A DNA stretch of 64,000 bases, taken from the NCBI GenBank assembly GCA_024278765.1, contig JAJRSM010000030.1, forward strand, positions 5,033 to 69,032, read 5' to 3'. The stretch is from Deltaproteobacteria bacterium (lineage in GTDB: Bacteria; Desulfobacterota; GWC2-55-46; DRQE01). Below, one piece after another: positions 1 through 8,777 of this stretch. The notes under the pieces were generated by a model, which ran no database searches, was not told where the DNA came from, and saw nothing but the letters and a program-made list of their open reading frames with translations. A program made the position numbers and the translations under genes. How positions within the stretch are numbered: position 1 is the stretch's first letter; every line of letters begins with the position of its first letter.

Positions 1-539
1 ATTCCCACAGGGTTACCCAGTATGCGCTGAGCATCGCCTCTGCGTACGGGGCGGATCAGGGAGTTATGGATAGCATTAGTTTTGCCGGCCCGCTCCATGA
101 TATCGGCAAGATAGGCGTTAGAGACGATATACTACTTAAAGAGGGGTCTTTTACGACCGAAGAGCGTAATGTCATGAAGTCACATGCATTGCGTGGCGAA
201 GAGATATTAAAGCCCTTGAACCTTTTGAAGGTAGAGAAGGCAGTGGTGCTTAGCCATCACGAGAGGTGGGACGGCGCAGGCTACCCGTCTGGGCTTAAAG
301 GTGAGGATATTCCGATTGTTGCCAGGATTTTCAGCGTTGCAGATACCTTTGATGCCATGACCTCATCAAGGCCGTATCGTTCCGCCTTGACCAGTCATGT
401 TACCACCAACGAGATACTTCGCTGTAGTGGCAGCCAGTTTGATCCGAGCGTGGTTAAGGCCTTTATGAAGAGCGATCTTCTTCATAACTTCGAGCGTATC
501 GCCGGGGTAGGGGGCTCAAAAAATCTGGATGTGGGGTAG
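1..539 (+). CDS. HD-GYP domain c-di-GMP phosphodiesterase, C-terminal part (5' end lies upstream of the window)
   Basis: Frame 3 is open from nt 3 (SHRVTQYALSIASAYG...). The translation contains HDIGK and HHERWDGAGYP, the HD and GYP signatures. Stop TAG at 537-539. Confidence 0.85.
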   Translation, partial: SHRVTQYALSIASAYGADQGVMDSISFAGPLHDIGKIGVRDDILLKEGSFTTEERNVMKSHALRGEEILKPLNLLKVEKAVVLSHHERWDGAGYPSGLKGEDIPIVARIFSVADTFDAMTSSRPYRSALTSHVTTNEILRCSGSQFDPSVVKAFMKSDLLHNFERIAGVGGSKNLDVG

Positions 540-541
540 TG

Positions 542-1048
542 ATGTCTGAAAAAAAACGTGAATTTATCAGGGTAAGAAATGTTCTGGACGTTCACTACAA
601 ACCTTACGAAGAAGAAGAAGATGTCTCGGACTGGGAACGGTTCTTTGGTTCTGTCGAGCCAAAGGACGATGAAGAACTAAACCTCTATAACTTCCTTTTT
701 AATATCAATCAAAAAGTAGATGCTGTCTTGCAGCACCTTAAAAATAGCGAGAACTTCGGTTTGCCAGAGGCTCGCGAGGTCGTTGTCAGCGGCAGTGGTA
801 TGAGCTTTAGGTCCAATGAGATCTTTACCCCTGGAGATCTTCTAAAAGTACAACTATTTCTCCCATCCAAGGCGCGTCTCTTAAGCCTTAAATCCGAGGT
901 CGTTCGCTGTGAGACTTCAGTCGATGATGGTATGAACAAGCTTGCTCTGAAGTTTCTTGATCTAAGCGATAAGGACAGGGATAAGCTTATAGGTTACGTC
1001 TTTGCCATTCAGCGCGAACAATTACGCCAAAGGCAGGATGAAACCTGA
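542..1048 (+). CDS. PilZ-like protein with degenerate, widely spaced motifs
   Basis: ATG at 542 (an in-frame GTG at 539 overlaps the upstream stop, TAGTGATG). It has an N-terminal RxxxR (REFIR, aa 6-10) and a VVSGSGM element resembling D/NxSxxG. The two motifs are about 70 aa apart and V occupies the D/N position. Confidence 0.6.
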   Translation: MSEKKREFIRVRNVLDVHYKPYEEEEDVSDWERFFGSVEPKDDEELNLYNFLFNINQKVDAVLQHLKNSENFGLPEAREVVVSGSGMSFRSNEIFTPGDLLKVQLFLPSKARLLSLKSEVVRCETSVDDGMNKLALKFLDLSDKDRDKLIGYVFAIQREQLRQRQDET

Positions 1049-1051
1049 TAA

Positions 1052-1081
1052 TAACCGTAAATATTGGATTTTAACCGTAAA
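1052..1081 (+). repeat. Direct repeat TAACCGTAAA x2, start-to-start spacing 20 bp
   Basis: Identical 10-mers at 1052-1061 and 1072-1081, about 40-70 bp upstream of the candidate -35. Confidence 0.8.
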
Positions 1082-1119
1082 ATGCAACTATCGTATTACA
1101 TTTTAAGTGCATGTAATGG

Positions 1120-1149
1120 TTGACTGAGTAGGCTTTCTTATTGTATAAT
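1120..1149 (+). promoter_or_regulatory. Candidate sigma-70 promoter upstream of the large repeat-protein gene
   Basis: TTGACT (1120-1125), 18-nt spacer, TATAAT (1144-1149). Confidence 0.4.
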
Positions 1150-1334
1150 AGAATTGTTAATAGAGTTTTATCTTTATATTAAAAAATAATTATCTTTAGG
1201 GTGACGACGCCCATGGGTGGGAAGAATGAAAGTAGTTCCTATTCGTGCGGCGTTTTTTTGTGTTTTAAGTATTTGACCTAAGCAGGTCTAACGGCAAGTT
1301 TATTTGTACAGCAAAAGGGTAAGTACAGCGGGTT

Positions 1335-4300
1335 ATGAAAATGTCATCAGGTATAGAAAATAATAGAGCAGGACTTTCGGGTAGCGTCAAGGCAGTGGTT
1401 GTCTTGGTACTTACTTTTGTTCTGCTTTCTTTTGTTCCAACCAAGGCCTTTGCTGCGACCTACACGGTCTGCTCAAGCGGCTGTGACTATACGACCATTA
1501 ATAACGCCCTTTCAGCCTCTTCAAGCGGCGATACCATTACCGTTTCATCAGGTACTTACAACGAGCGAATCGACTACGGCTCAAAGAACCTTACCATCCA
1601 GTCGGCAAGCGGCGCGGCCACTACGATTATTGCCGGCGACGGTAGTGATAACCCGGTTATCAGGTTCAATAACAGCGGGCTTACCTCAAGTGCCGTTCTC
1701 GATGGCTTTACCATCAATAACGGCACAAGCGGCGGCAGTTACAGGCGAGGCATCTATATCGGTAGCAGCGCAAAACCGACGATCCAGAACTCTATAATCA
1801 AGGGCAATAAGCCGTCTTCCAGTATTAACGGAGCCGGTATATATATAACAGGCGGTTCAAGCGGTGTGACTTTGACAGGTTCTACCGTTGGTGGTGATTC
1901 CGGTGATAAAAACACCAGTTCCCGCGGCCCAGGGCTTTACGCTACTACTACTTCCGGGTCGATAACTATAAGTAATAGTACCTTCACCTACAACAGTGCT
2001 AGTGTCCACGGCGGTGCTCTCTATTTTCTGAGTGTCTCCTCCACGCCTACTATTACCAATACTACTATTGACAATAATACTGCTTCACAGTACGGCGGAG
2101 CTATCTTTAGCAATAACTCCCCGTTTACTATAACCGGCGGTAGTCTCAGCAATAATACCTCTACCTATGACGGCGGCGCTATTTATATGAACGTCTCGTC
2201 AAATACCCTTGTTATTAACGGTTCGACCACGATGAACAACAATACAGCGCGCGCTGGCGGCGCTATCTATACATCCGGTATAACCTCTGTCGATATAACC
2301 GGCGGTAGTCTCAGCAACAATACCGGTACCAATGACGGCGGCGCTATTTACTCTACCGGCGGTGTTGATTTTGTTATTACAGACGCTACGATAAACAACA
2401 ATACTACTAACGGTTATGGCGGTGGTATTTATTCTATGTCCTCGGGCGCGACGCTTACGATTTCAAAGAGCTTTATTCAGGGCAATAGTTGCCGTGACGG
2501 CGGTTGCGGTATTTATGGCGGTAGCGGCACGACGAGTACTGTGACCAGCACGGTTATAACTGGCAACAGGCAGCATACGTCTAGCTGGAATTACGGCGGC
2601 GGTATGTATAACGCCGGTACTCTCTATATGTATAACTCTACCATAGCCGGCAACTACGCATATGACGGTGGCGGTATCTCTGCAAGCGGTATCGAGACGA
2701 TCCGTAATACGATTATATATGGTAATACTGCGGGCTACGGCTCCAATAATAACGTACGTAGTACGATCGGCACCTCTACGAACAATAATATAGGAAACAA
2801 CGCGCGTTTTGTCGACCTCCAGCAGGCGACCTCAAGCGCGGCAACTACCGCCGGCGACTATCGTCTTTGTTACGGTTCAGGCAACCCTGCCGCAGGTTGC
2901 GGGTCGACGACCAGCCCTGATATAGATTTTGGTAATTCAACGAACGCTCCTTCCGACGATATCGTAGGCACTGTGCGTCCTCAGGACGTCGCAGGTGTCG
3001 GCGACGGCGTCAATGACTATGACAGGGGGGCTTACGAGCATATAGCCGCAGATATTACTCCCCCTGCCAATATTACCGGATTCTCAGTGGCAGACCCGGC
3101 AACCAGCGGTCAGCTCGACCTTACGTGGACAAACCCCGGTGATGCGGATTTTTCCGGGGTTAAGATAGTGCGTGCAACAGGTGGCAGCGCACCTTCGGAT
3201 TGTACGGGTACGGCGGTCTATGACGGCTCGGGTACGAGTTACAGTAATACGGGTCTGACCGACAACACCCTTTATTCATACAGGATTTGTTCTTATGATA
3301 CGTCAGCCAACTATGCATCCGGCGTTACCGGCAGCGGTACTCCGACCGATGCGGTACCTCCGTCCAATGTTACGGGATTAGCGGCCATTGAGCTTGATTC
3401 ACAGGTAGATCTTTCCTGGACAAATCCCGTGGATGCGGATTACGCAGGGACAAGGGTCTTAAGGAAGACCGGCAGTTACCCGAGCAGTTGTACTGACGGC
3501 AGTGCGACAACGGTCTATAACAATACGGGAACCTCGTATTCAGATACGAGCCTTACCAATGGCACGACATATTATTACAGGGTTTGCTCCTATGATACGG
3601 CAATTAACTATCCGACGGGTGTTACTGTTGCGGCAACTCCATTTTTCGATGGAACGCCTCCTGCCGATGTGACGGGCTTTAGCGCCAGCAACCTTGGCCT
3701 TGGCAGTCAGCTTTCTCTTTCCTGGACTAATCCGGTCGATACGGATTTTGCGGCCGTAAAGATCGTGCGTGTAACAGGTGGCTCGGCACCGTCGGATTGT
3801 ACTGGAAGTGCTGTCTATGACGGCTCTTTAACTTCCTATACGGATACCGGTCTTGTTGACGGCACTCTTTATTCATACAGAGTCTGTTCTTATGATAACT
3901 CATCTAATTATGCAGCCGGAGTTACCGGGAGTGCGACCCCTACCGATACGCTTGCGCCGTCCAGCATAACAGGCTTTACGGCAACGAGCGGTAACACGCA
4001 GGTAACGCTTACCTGGACTAATCCGGTAGAGACGGACTTTGCAGGGACAAAGATACTTAGAAAGACCGGCGGTTATCCTAGTAGTTGTACCGATGGTACG
4101 GCAACGACGGTCTATAACAGTACAGGTACTACGGTCGACGATACAGGGCTGACAAACGAAACGACTTACTACTATATCGGTTGTTCTTATGATGAGATTC
4201 CAAATTACGGAACGAGCGCAGCCGCGACGGCGACTCCGAGCTTGGATACCGGGCCGCCGGCAAAGATAACTGATCTTTCAAGTGTATCCGTCTATACGCG

Positions 4301-5249
4301 TGGTATAAAGCTTACCTGGACGGCTCCGGGCGATGACGGTAGTACAGGGACCGCAACGAGCTATGACATGAGGTATACCGATGCGCAGGATTATGTCGCC
4401 AGCATGGCTACTTATCTGGATGTAAGCTGGGGTAGCCTTGAGCAGGCCGTCGATGAGACCGCCCCGCTGGCTGCCGGTAGTACCGAGACGCTTTTCTTTG
4501 GTAAGAATACCAGTAATGTAAAGGTGCTCCCGAATACGTCTTACTATAGCGTCATAAAGACCAGGGACGACCTTGATAATATATCCGTAATATCCAACGA
4601 GGTTGGCGTGCATACGGCCATGAAGTACGGCTACAACTATATGTCGATTCCGTTTGACGCCTCAACCGGAGCGTCGGCGACATTGCAGGATCTGCTTGGC
4701 GATGATGTGCCCTATGTATATATCTTCAAGTGGACACCGACCGGGCTGGACTGGGGCAGCCGCTTCAGGGGAAGATGGACAAGGCTTAGTTCGACGGCGA
4801 CCGTATCAGCGTCCTTTAGTAACGGCAGCGGCTACTATATGTATGTCTACAGCGCCAACTCAAGCGTTATTGACGAAAAGAACTCAGGCGGTACGGCGCT
4901 AGTCAGTGAAAATACCGATAACTGGGCAAAGTTAGATATGGTTCAGGGCCGTAACCTGGTCGGCAACCCGTATACAAAGAACGTTGACTTCAGTAATATT
5001 AAGGTATGTCAGAACTCGAGCTTTACGACCTCCGGCGGATGCAGCGGCGGTACTATAAATACCTTTGTAGAGGCCGTAACGGCTGGCTGGATGGATAGTA
5101 CGGTTGCTTATTATGGTAACGCAACTACCTTTACAACAGAGACCTGTAGCTCTATTGAGTGTCTTGCTGAACTCAGGCCGTGGTGGGGGCAATGGGTATA
5201 TCTGCTTCAGAGTTCTAATACGTATATGATGGTAGTGCCTAAACCTTAA
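1335..5249 (+). CDS. Large secreted repeat protein (1304 aa): Pmp-like/right-handed beta-helix repeats, four FN3-like ~100-aa units plus a fifth divergent one, and an unassigned C-terminal domain
   Basis: Sec-type signal peptide (hydrophobic core, ...PTKAFA|A). Many NNT..(Y/N)(D/G)GGAIY repeats (GGAI motif as in polymorphic outer membrane protein repeats). Repeated units contain (T/S)WTNP and a conserved Cys pair. Long uninterrupted ORF. Confidence 0.85.
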   Translation: MKMSSGIENNRAGLSGSVKAVVVLVLTFVLLSFVPTKAFAATYTVCSSGCDYTTINNALSASSSGDTITVSSGTYNERIDYGSKNLTIQSASGAATTIIAGDGSDNPVIRFNNSGLTSSAVLDGFTINNGTSGGSYRRGIYIGSSAKPTIQNSIIKGNKPSSSINGAGIYITGGSSGVTLTGSTVGGDSGDKNTSSRGPGLYATTTSGSITISNSTFTYNSASVHGGALYFLSVSSTPTITNTTIDNNTASQYGGAIFSNNSPFTITGGSLSNNTSTYDGGAIYMNVSSNTLVINGSTTMNNNTARAGGAIYTSGITSVDITGGSLSNNTGTNDGGAIYSTGGVDFVITDATINNNTTNGYGGGIYSMSSGATLTISKSFIQGNSCRDGGCGIYGGSGTTSTVTSTVITGNRQHTSSWNYGGGMYNAGTLYMYNSTIAGNYAYDGGGISASGIETIRNTIIYGNTAGYGSNNNVRSTIGTSTNNNIGNNARFVDLQQATSSAATTAGDYRLCYGSGNPAAGCGSTTSPDIDFGNSTNAPSDDIVGTVRPQDVAGVGDGVNDYDRGAYEHIAADITPPANITGFSVADPATSGQLDLTWTNPGDADFSGVKIVRATGGSAPSDCTGTAVYDGSGTSYSNTGLTDNTLYSYRICSYDTSANYASGVTGSGTPTDAVPPSNVTGLAAIELDSQVDLSWTNPVDADYAGTRVLRKTGSYPSSCTDGSATTVYNNTGTSYSDTSLTNGTTYYYRVCSYDTAINYPTGVTVAATPFFDGTPPADVTGFSASNLGLGSQLSLSWTNPVDTDFAAVKIVRVTGGSAPSDCTGSAVYDGSLTSYTDTGLVDGTLYSYRVCSYDNSSNYAAGVTGSATPTDTLAPSSITGFTATSGNTQVTLTWTNPVETDFAGTKILRKTGGYPSSCTDGTATTVYNSTGTTVDDTGLTNETTYYYIGCSYDEIPNYGTSAAATATPSLDTGPPAKITDLSSVSVYTRGIKLTWTAPGDDGSTGTATSYDMRYTDAQDYVASMATYLDVSWGSLEQAVDETAPLAAGSTETLFFGKNTSNVKVLPNTSYYSVIKTRDDLDNISVISNEVGVHTAMKYGYNYMSIPFDASTGASATLQDLLGDDVPYVYIFKWTPTGLDWGSRFRGRWTRLSSTATVSASFSNGSGYYMYVYSANSSVIDEKNSGGTALVSENTDNWAKLDMVQGRNLVGNPYTKNVDFSNIKVCQNSSFTTSGGCSGGTINTFVEAVTAGWMDSTVAYYGNATTFTTETCSSIECLAELRPWWGQWVYLLQSSNTYMMVVPKP
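3051..4244 (+). repeat. Four tandem ~300-nt coding repeats (FN3-like units) in an A-B-A'-B' pattern
   Basis: Units start near 3051, 3351, 3651 and 3948. Units 1/3 share ...KIVR.TGGSAPSDCTG.AVYDGS..., and units 2/4 share ...LRKTG.YPSSCTDG.ATTVYN.TGT... Confidence 0.85.
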
Positions 5250-5258
5250 GGTGTGGTT

Positions 5259-6617
5259 ATGATTATGAACGCGATACTTGGAAAATTAAAGAGACCTTTT
5301 ACGCTGTGCCTGACGGTAGCGGCGAGCTTTATGCTGGTCTGCGTTCTCAGTCTTCCTGCCTATAGCGCAATGGTCTGGAAGGCAAAGATCAATGTTGAGG
5401 CCGTTGGCATGTCGGATACGGGCGCGGCAATACTCGGCGCTGCCACTGACGCAACCGATGGTTTTGAAAATGCCTATGAGGCCAGAGCCTTATTGTCGGG
5501 GTACTTGATGGCCTACTTCCGTCATCCCGAGTGGGGGCAAGAGACCCAGTTCTTCTGGACTGATATAAGGGATACGACCCTGCCCAAGGAGTGGAGCTGG
5601 ATAGTTCAGTCCCGTTATAGGAATAGAGACCATATAGTTAGTTGGGAGATTGATGTCCCGGAAAATCTTGAGCTCTATATGATGGATACCGTTACCGGCG
5701 ATGTTATAGATATGAGGGCCGCAAGCACTTATACCTATCGGAATACATCGATGGCAGCCCGTGAGTTTGTTATAGAGGCTACGGGCGAGATCGGCGGGCA
5801 GATGCCTCAGGATACGACGCCACCAGAGACGACTATAACATCGGCATCCGAGGGCTATACCGGAGCAACTTCATTTACCTTTGTCTATTCCGGCTCGGAC
5901 GACGTCTCAGGGGCGTCTTCGCTTGAGTATTCATATTCTTTTGATGGCGGCACGTGGTCGCCCTTTGATATGGATACCACGGTGACGCTCTCGCCGTCCT
6001 CTATCGGAAGCGGTGAGCACATCTTCCGTGTTAAGGCCAAAGACCTTGCGGGCAATGAGGATCCAACGCCTGCCGAGCGAACCTTTACGGTTGACCTGAC
6101 ACCTCCCGTCTTACTATTAAGCAGTGTCTCTCCCGAGCAATTATGGCCGCCTAACCGTAGAATGAAGAATGTGACCTTTACCGGTACTATAACCGATGCG
6201 CTTAGCGGGGTAAGTTCGCTGACCTATGCTGTGGTAGATGAGTACGGTGAGATAGGCACAACAGGCGCCGTATCAACAGCCGGCGGGTCATTTACCTTTG
6301 TTGTAGAGCTTATGGCAATGAGGCACGGCAGAGACAGGGACGGCAGGCTCTATACGATAAGTCTTACCGGTCTGGATAACGCAGGTAACAGCGTTACAAC
6401 CTCAGGTGATGTGCTGGTGCCTCGCGACAGAAGGGGTATCAAGAAAGATAAGAAAAAACACGACAAGAAAGATGCTAAGAAAGATAAAGAAAAAGATGAT
6501 GATGAAGATGATGATGAAGATGATGATGATAAAGAGGACAAGGTAGACGAGAAAGATAAAGAAGACAAGAAAAGCGATAAGAGACATAGAGATAGAAACA
6601 GGTACAGGGGAAGGTAG
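5259..6617 (+). CDS. Secreted protein with Ig-like middle region and a K/D/E-rich low-complexity C-terminal tail
   Basis: AAGGTG lies 6 nt upstream of ATG 5259 (the ORF track starts at GTG 5253). Signal-peptide-like N-terminus (...LSLPAYSA|M). Ig-like segments (DTTPPETTIT..., DLTPPVLLL...). The last ~65 aa are almost only K, D, E and R. Confidence 0.75.
   Translation: MIMNAILGKLKRPFTLCLTVAASFMLVCVLSLPAYSAMVWKAKINVEAVGMSDTGAAILGAATDATDGFENAYEARALLSGYLMAYFRHPEWGQETQFFWTDIRDTTLPKEWSWIVQSRYRNRDHIVSWEIDVPENLELYMMDTVTGDVIDMRAASTYTYRNTSMAAREFVIEATGEIGGQMPQDTTPPETTITSASEGYTGATSFTFVYSGSDDVSGASSLEYSYSFDGGTWSPFDMDTTVTLSPSSIGSGEHIFRVKAKDLAGNEDPTPAERTFTVDLTPPVLLLSSVSPEQLWPPNRRMKNVTFTGTITDALSGVSSLTYAVVDEYGEIGTTGAVSTAGGSFTFVVELMAMRHGRDRDGRLYTISLTGLDNAGNSVTTSGDVLVPRDRRGIKKDKKKHDKKDAKKDKEKDDDEDDDEDDDDKEDKVDEKDKEDKKSDKRHRDRNRYRGR
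6495..6530 (+). repeat. In-frame 12-nt tandem repeat (GATGATGATGAA x2 + GATGATGATGAT)
   Basis: Read directly. Encodes DDDEDDDEDDDD within the charged tail. Confidence 0.9.
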
Positions 6618-6655
6618 TATTATATATCCCAATAGATATAGAAATAGTTTTAAAG

Positions 6656-6686
6656 AGCCGAGATCCAGTGATCTCGGCTTTTTTAT
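6656..6686 (+). terminator. Rho-independent terminator after the two repeat-protein genes
   Basis: AGCCGAGATC-cagt-GATCTCGGCT (10-bp perfect stem) followed by TTTTTTATTT. Confidence 0.85.
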
Positions 6687-6705
6687 TTGTCTTTTCTCTA
6701 CCTGA

Positions 6706-6747
6706 GGCGGGTCAACTCGCGTCTCAGGCAGAGTTACCGCCTTTTTT
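6706..6747 (+). terminator. Second candidate terminator (interrupted stem + T6)
   Basis: GGCGG-gtc-AACTC ... GAGTT-a-CCGCC followed by TTTTTT. An alternative hairpin CCTGAG/CTCAGG (6701-6728) competes with it. Confidence 0.4.
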
Positions 6748-6846
6748 GGGTGAAATTATTAAAATTAGGTTATATAATTCTTCGTAAGGTATTATGTTTT
6801 ATGAGTTTTTCGCCGATAAAAATAACATGGGGGCTGATTACCAACT

Positions 6847-8742
6847 ATGGATAAACTTGCTTTGAAAAATTATCGATTATACACCAGACCTTTGTCTTTA
6901 TTTGTATTCTTGCTGGCTTTATTTGTTATGGCCGGGTGTTCGTCCATATATAGCCAGCAACGAGGAGATGAATATATTTCCTCCGGGCGGTGGGACGAGG
7001 CCGTGCATGAATACCAGGGGCTTTATAGTAAATACCCCAGAAAGATGGAGTATAAAATCAGGTATGAGATGGCAAAGGAAAAGGCCGTCTGGATGCATTA
7101 CAATAGAGGAAAGGCATCTCTGGAGAGCGGTGATTACAGAGCAGCTCTTGTTGAGTTTCAGAGGACTTTAATTCTTGACTCTACCTTTTCCAAGGCTGGT
7201 TCTTCTATAAGAAGAACCAGAAAGATAATGGACTCGCTCTTTTACTATCAGAAAGGGCAGAATTTTTTGCAGGCCTCTAACTATAAACGTGCCAAGGGGG
7301 CCTTCCAGAGGGCGGTTGATCTGGACCAAGATAATGAACTGGCCGCTGCCGAGCTGAAAAAACTTATTAGTAAACGCAGGATCTTGATGGGCGGCTTTGA
7401 GCTGAGCCTTAAGTCAAATGCTCCTATCTCCATGGAGTTTAAGGGGGCCGGAGTCAAGAAGGTCTTTCAGGTTCTCTCCAGACTTTCGGGTGTAAACTTT
7501 GTCTTTGACTCAAATGTAAAAGATACGAGGACGACTATCTTCCTAACAGATGCTACCTTTGAACGCGCACTTGATCTGATCTTGATTACAAATAATCTCT
7601 CTAAGAAGGTAGTTGCCGAGAATACGATGATAATCTATCCTTCTACGCGTAGAAAACGCGCGCAGTATGAGGAGATGATGATTAAGGTCTTTTACCTGAC
7701 CCATAGCGATGCAAAAAAGACTGTGGGCATGCTTAAATCAATGCTTAAGGTCACTGATATCTCGGTCATTGAAAAACTCAATGCTATTGTTGTACGTGCT
7801 AGGCCAGAGGCGATAACTCTGGCGCAGAAAGTGCTGGACGTAACCGATCTTGCCGACGCAGAGGTAATGCTGGACGTTAGTATTATAGAGATAAAGAGAA
7901 ATAAGACCGCAAACTTCGGTCTTGACTTCGCCCCTGATGCAGCAACTGCATCAGTGCCAGTTACTAGTGGCACAATAGCCCTTGGTGCTCTTAACAAACT
8001 GTCGAGCTCTGCGCTGCTTATAGGTCTGCCATCGGCAACAATTAATATTAAGCGTGAAGATCTGGATGCCAATATATTGTCCAACCCACGGATTCGCGTT
8101 AAAAATAATAGCAAAGCAAAGATTCATGTCGGCGATAGGATTCCTATTATAACGACGACGGTTAATCAAGGGGTCTCTACCGAGAATATTCAATATGAAG
8201 ACGTAGGGCTTCAGCTCACGGTCGAGCCTATAATAAGGCCTGATGACGAGATAGACCTTAAACTTTCTCTGGAGGTAAGCTCTCTTGGCACCAAGACGGT
8301 TACGACAAACGGTAGTGTCGTCTATGAGATTGGTACACGTAAGACCGAGACACTTTTGCGGCTGCATGACGGGGAGACCCAGATAATCGGAGGGTTGATT
8401 AGCGACGAGGAGCGGTCTACCGTTGCAAAAGTTCCTTTATTAGGAGAGATACCAATTATCGGACGCATCTTTGCAAACTCCGACAACAGTACCGTCAAGA
8501 CAGAGATTCTGCTCTCTATCACGCCGCATATAATCAGAAGAATAGAGATGCCGGATCCTTCTAAGACATCTTTTATGTCCGGGCCTAAAGACGCCCCTTC
8601 CTTGTCTGCGTCCGGCGCAAGGCAGTTCTCACCAATGGATAGACTACAGAACACGCCTGTTGCGCCTGTAAATGAGAGTGAACTGCCGCCGCCGTTTATG
8701 CCGCATGATATGCCGCCTATTCCTCAGTTGCCTGAGCCATAG
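6847..8742 (+). CDS. gspD: Secretin (GspD/PilQ family), probable lipoprotein with N-terminal TPR-like region
   Basis: Lipobox-like FVMAG|CSS. Helical repeat region at aa ~40-170. C-terminal secretin signature: GGLISDEE..VPLLGEIPIIGRIF...ILLSITPHII. Confidence 0.85.
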   Translation: MDKLALKNYRLYTRPLSLFVFLLALFVMAGCSSIYSQQRGDEYISSGRWDEAVHEYQGLYSKYPRKMEYKIRYEMAKEKAVWMHYNRGKASLESGDYRAALVEFQRTLILDSTFSKAGSSIRRTRKIMDSLFYYQKGQNFLQASNYKRAKGAFQRAVDLDQDNELAAAELKKLISKRRILMGGFELSLKSNAPISMEFKGAGVKKVFQVLSRLSGVNFVFDSNVKDTRTTIFLTDATFERALDLILITNNLSKKVVAENTMIIYPSTRRKRAQYEEMMIKVFYLTHSDAKKTVGMLKSMLKVTDISVIEKLNAIVVRARPEAITLAQKVLDVTDLADAEVMLDVSIIEIKRNKTANFGLDFAPDAATASVPVTSGTIALGALNKLSSSALLIGLPSATINIKREDLDANILSNPRIRVKNNSKAKIHVGDRIPIITTTVNQGVSTENIQYEDVGLQLTVEPIIRPDDEIDLKLSLEVSSLGTKTVTTNGSVVYEIGTRKTETLLRLHDGETQIIGGLISDEERSTVAKVPLLGEIPIIGRIFANSDNSTVKTEILLSITPHIIRRIEMPDPSKTSFMSGPKDAPSLSASGARQFSPMDRLQNTPVAPVNESELPPPFMPHDMPPIPQLPEP

Positions 8743-8777
8743 ACCAACGAAGGTAGGGGGCGAGGTGTTTTAAAGTC

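Noticed and set aside
1150-1334. Possible c-di-GMP riboswitch in the leader of the adhesin-like gene, suggested by the adjacent HD-GYP/PilZ genes
   Set aside because: I could not find the conserved GEMM-I features (GCAAA-type tetraloop/receptor, GGGACGCAAAGCC-like core) or a c-di-GMP-II-like core by eye. Only a weak interrupted stem precedes the T7 tract. I kept it only as a generic leader observation.
1399-1797. 132-aa + strand ORF in an alternative frame inside the large repeat-protein gene
   Set aside because: It is fully nested in a 1304-aa ORF with coherent repeat structure. Its P/R/L/Q-rich composition looks like an off-frame reading of Gly/Ser/Thr/Ala-rich repeats.
6350-6632. Two - strand ORFs (72 and 76 aa), one Ser-rich and one Ile/Phe-rich
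   Set aside because: They are the reverse-complement reading of the K/D/E low-complexity tail (AAG/GAT/GAA repeats), which is an artefact of the repeat.
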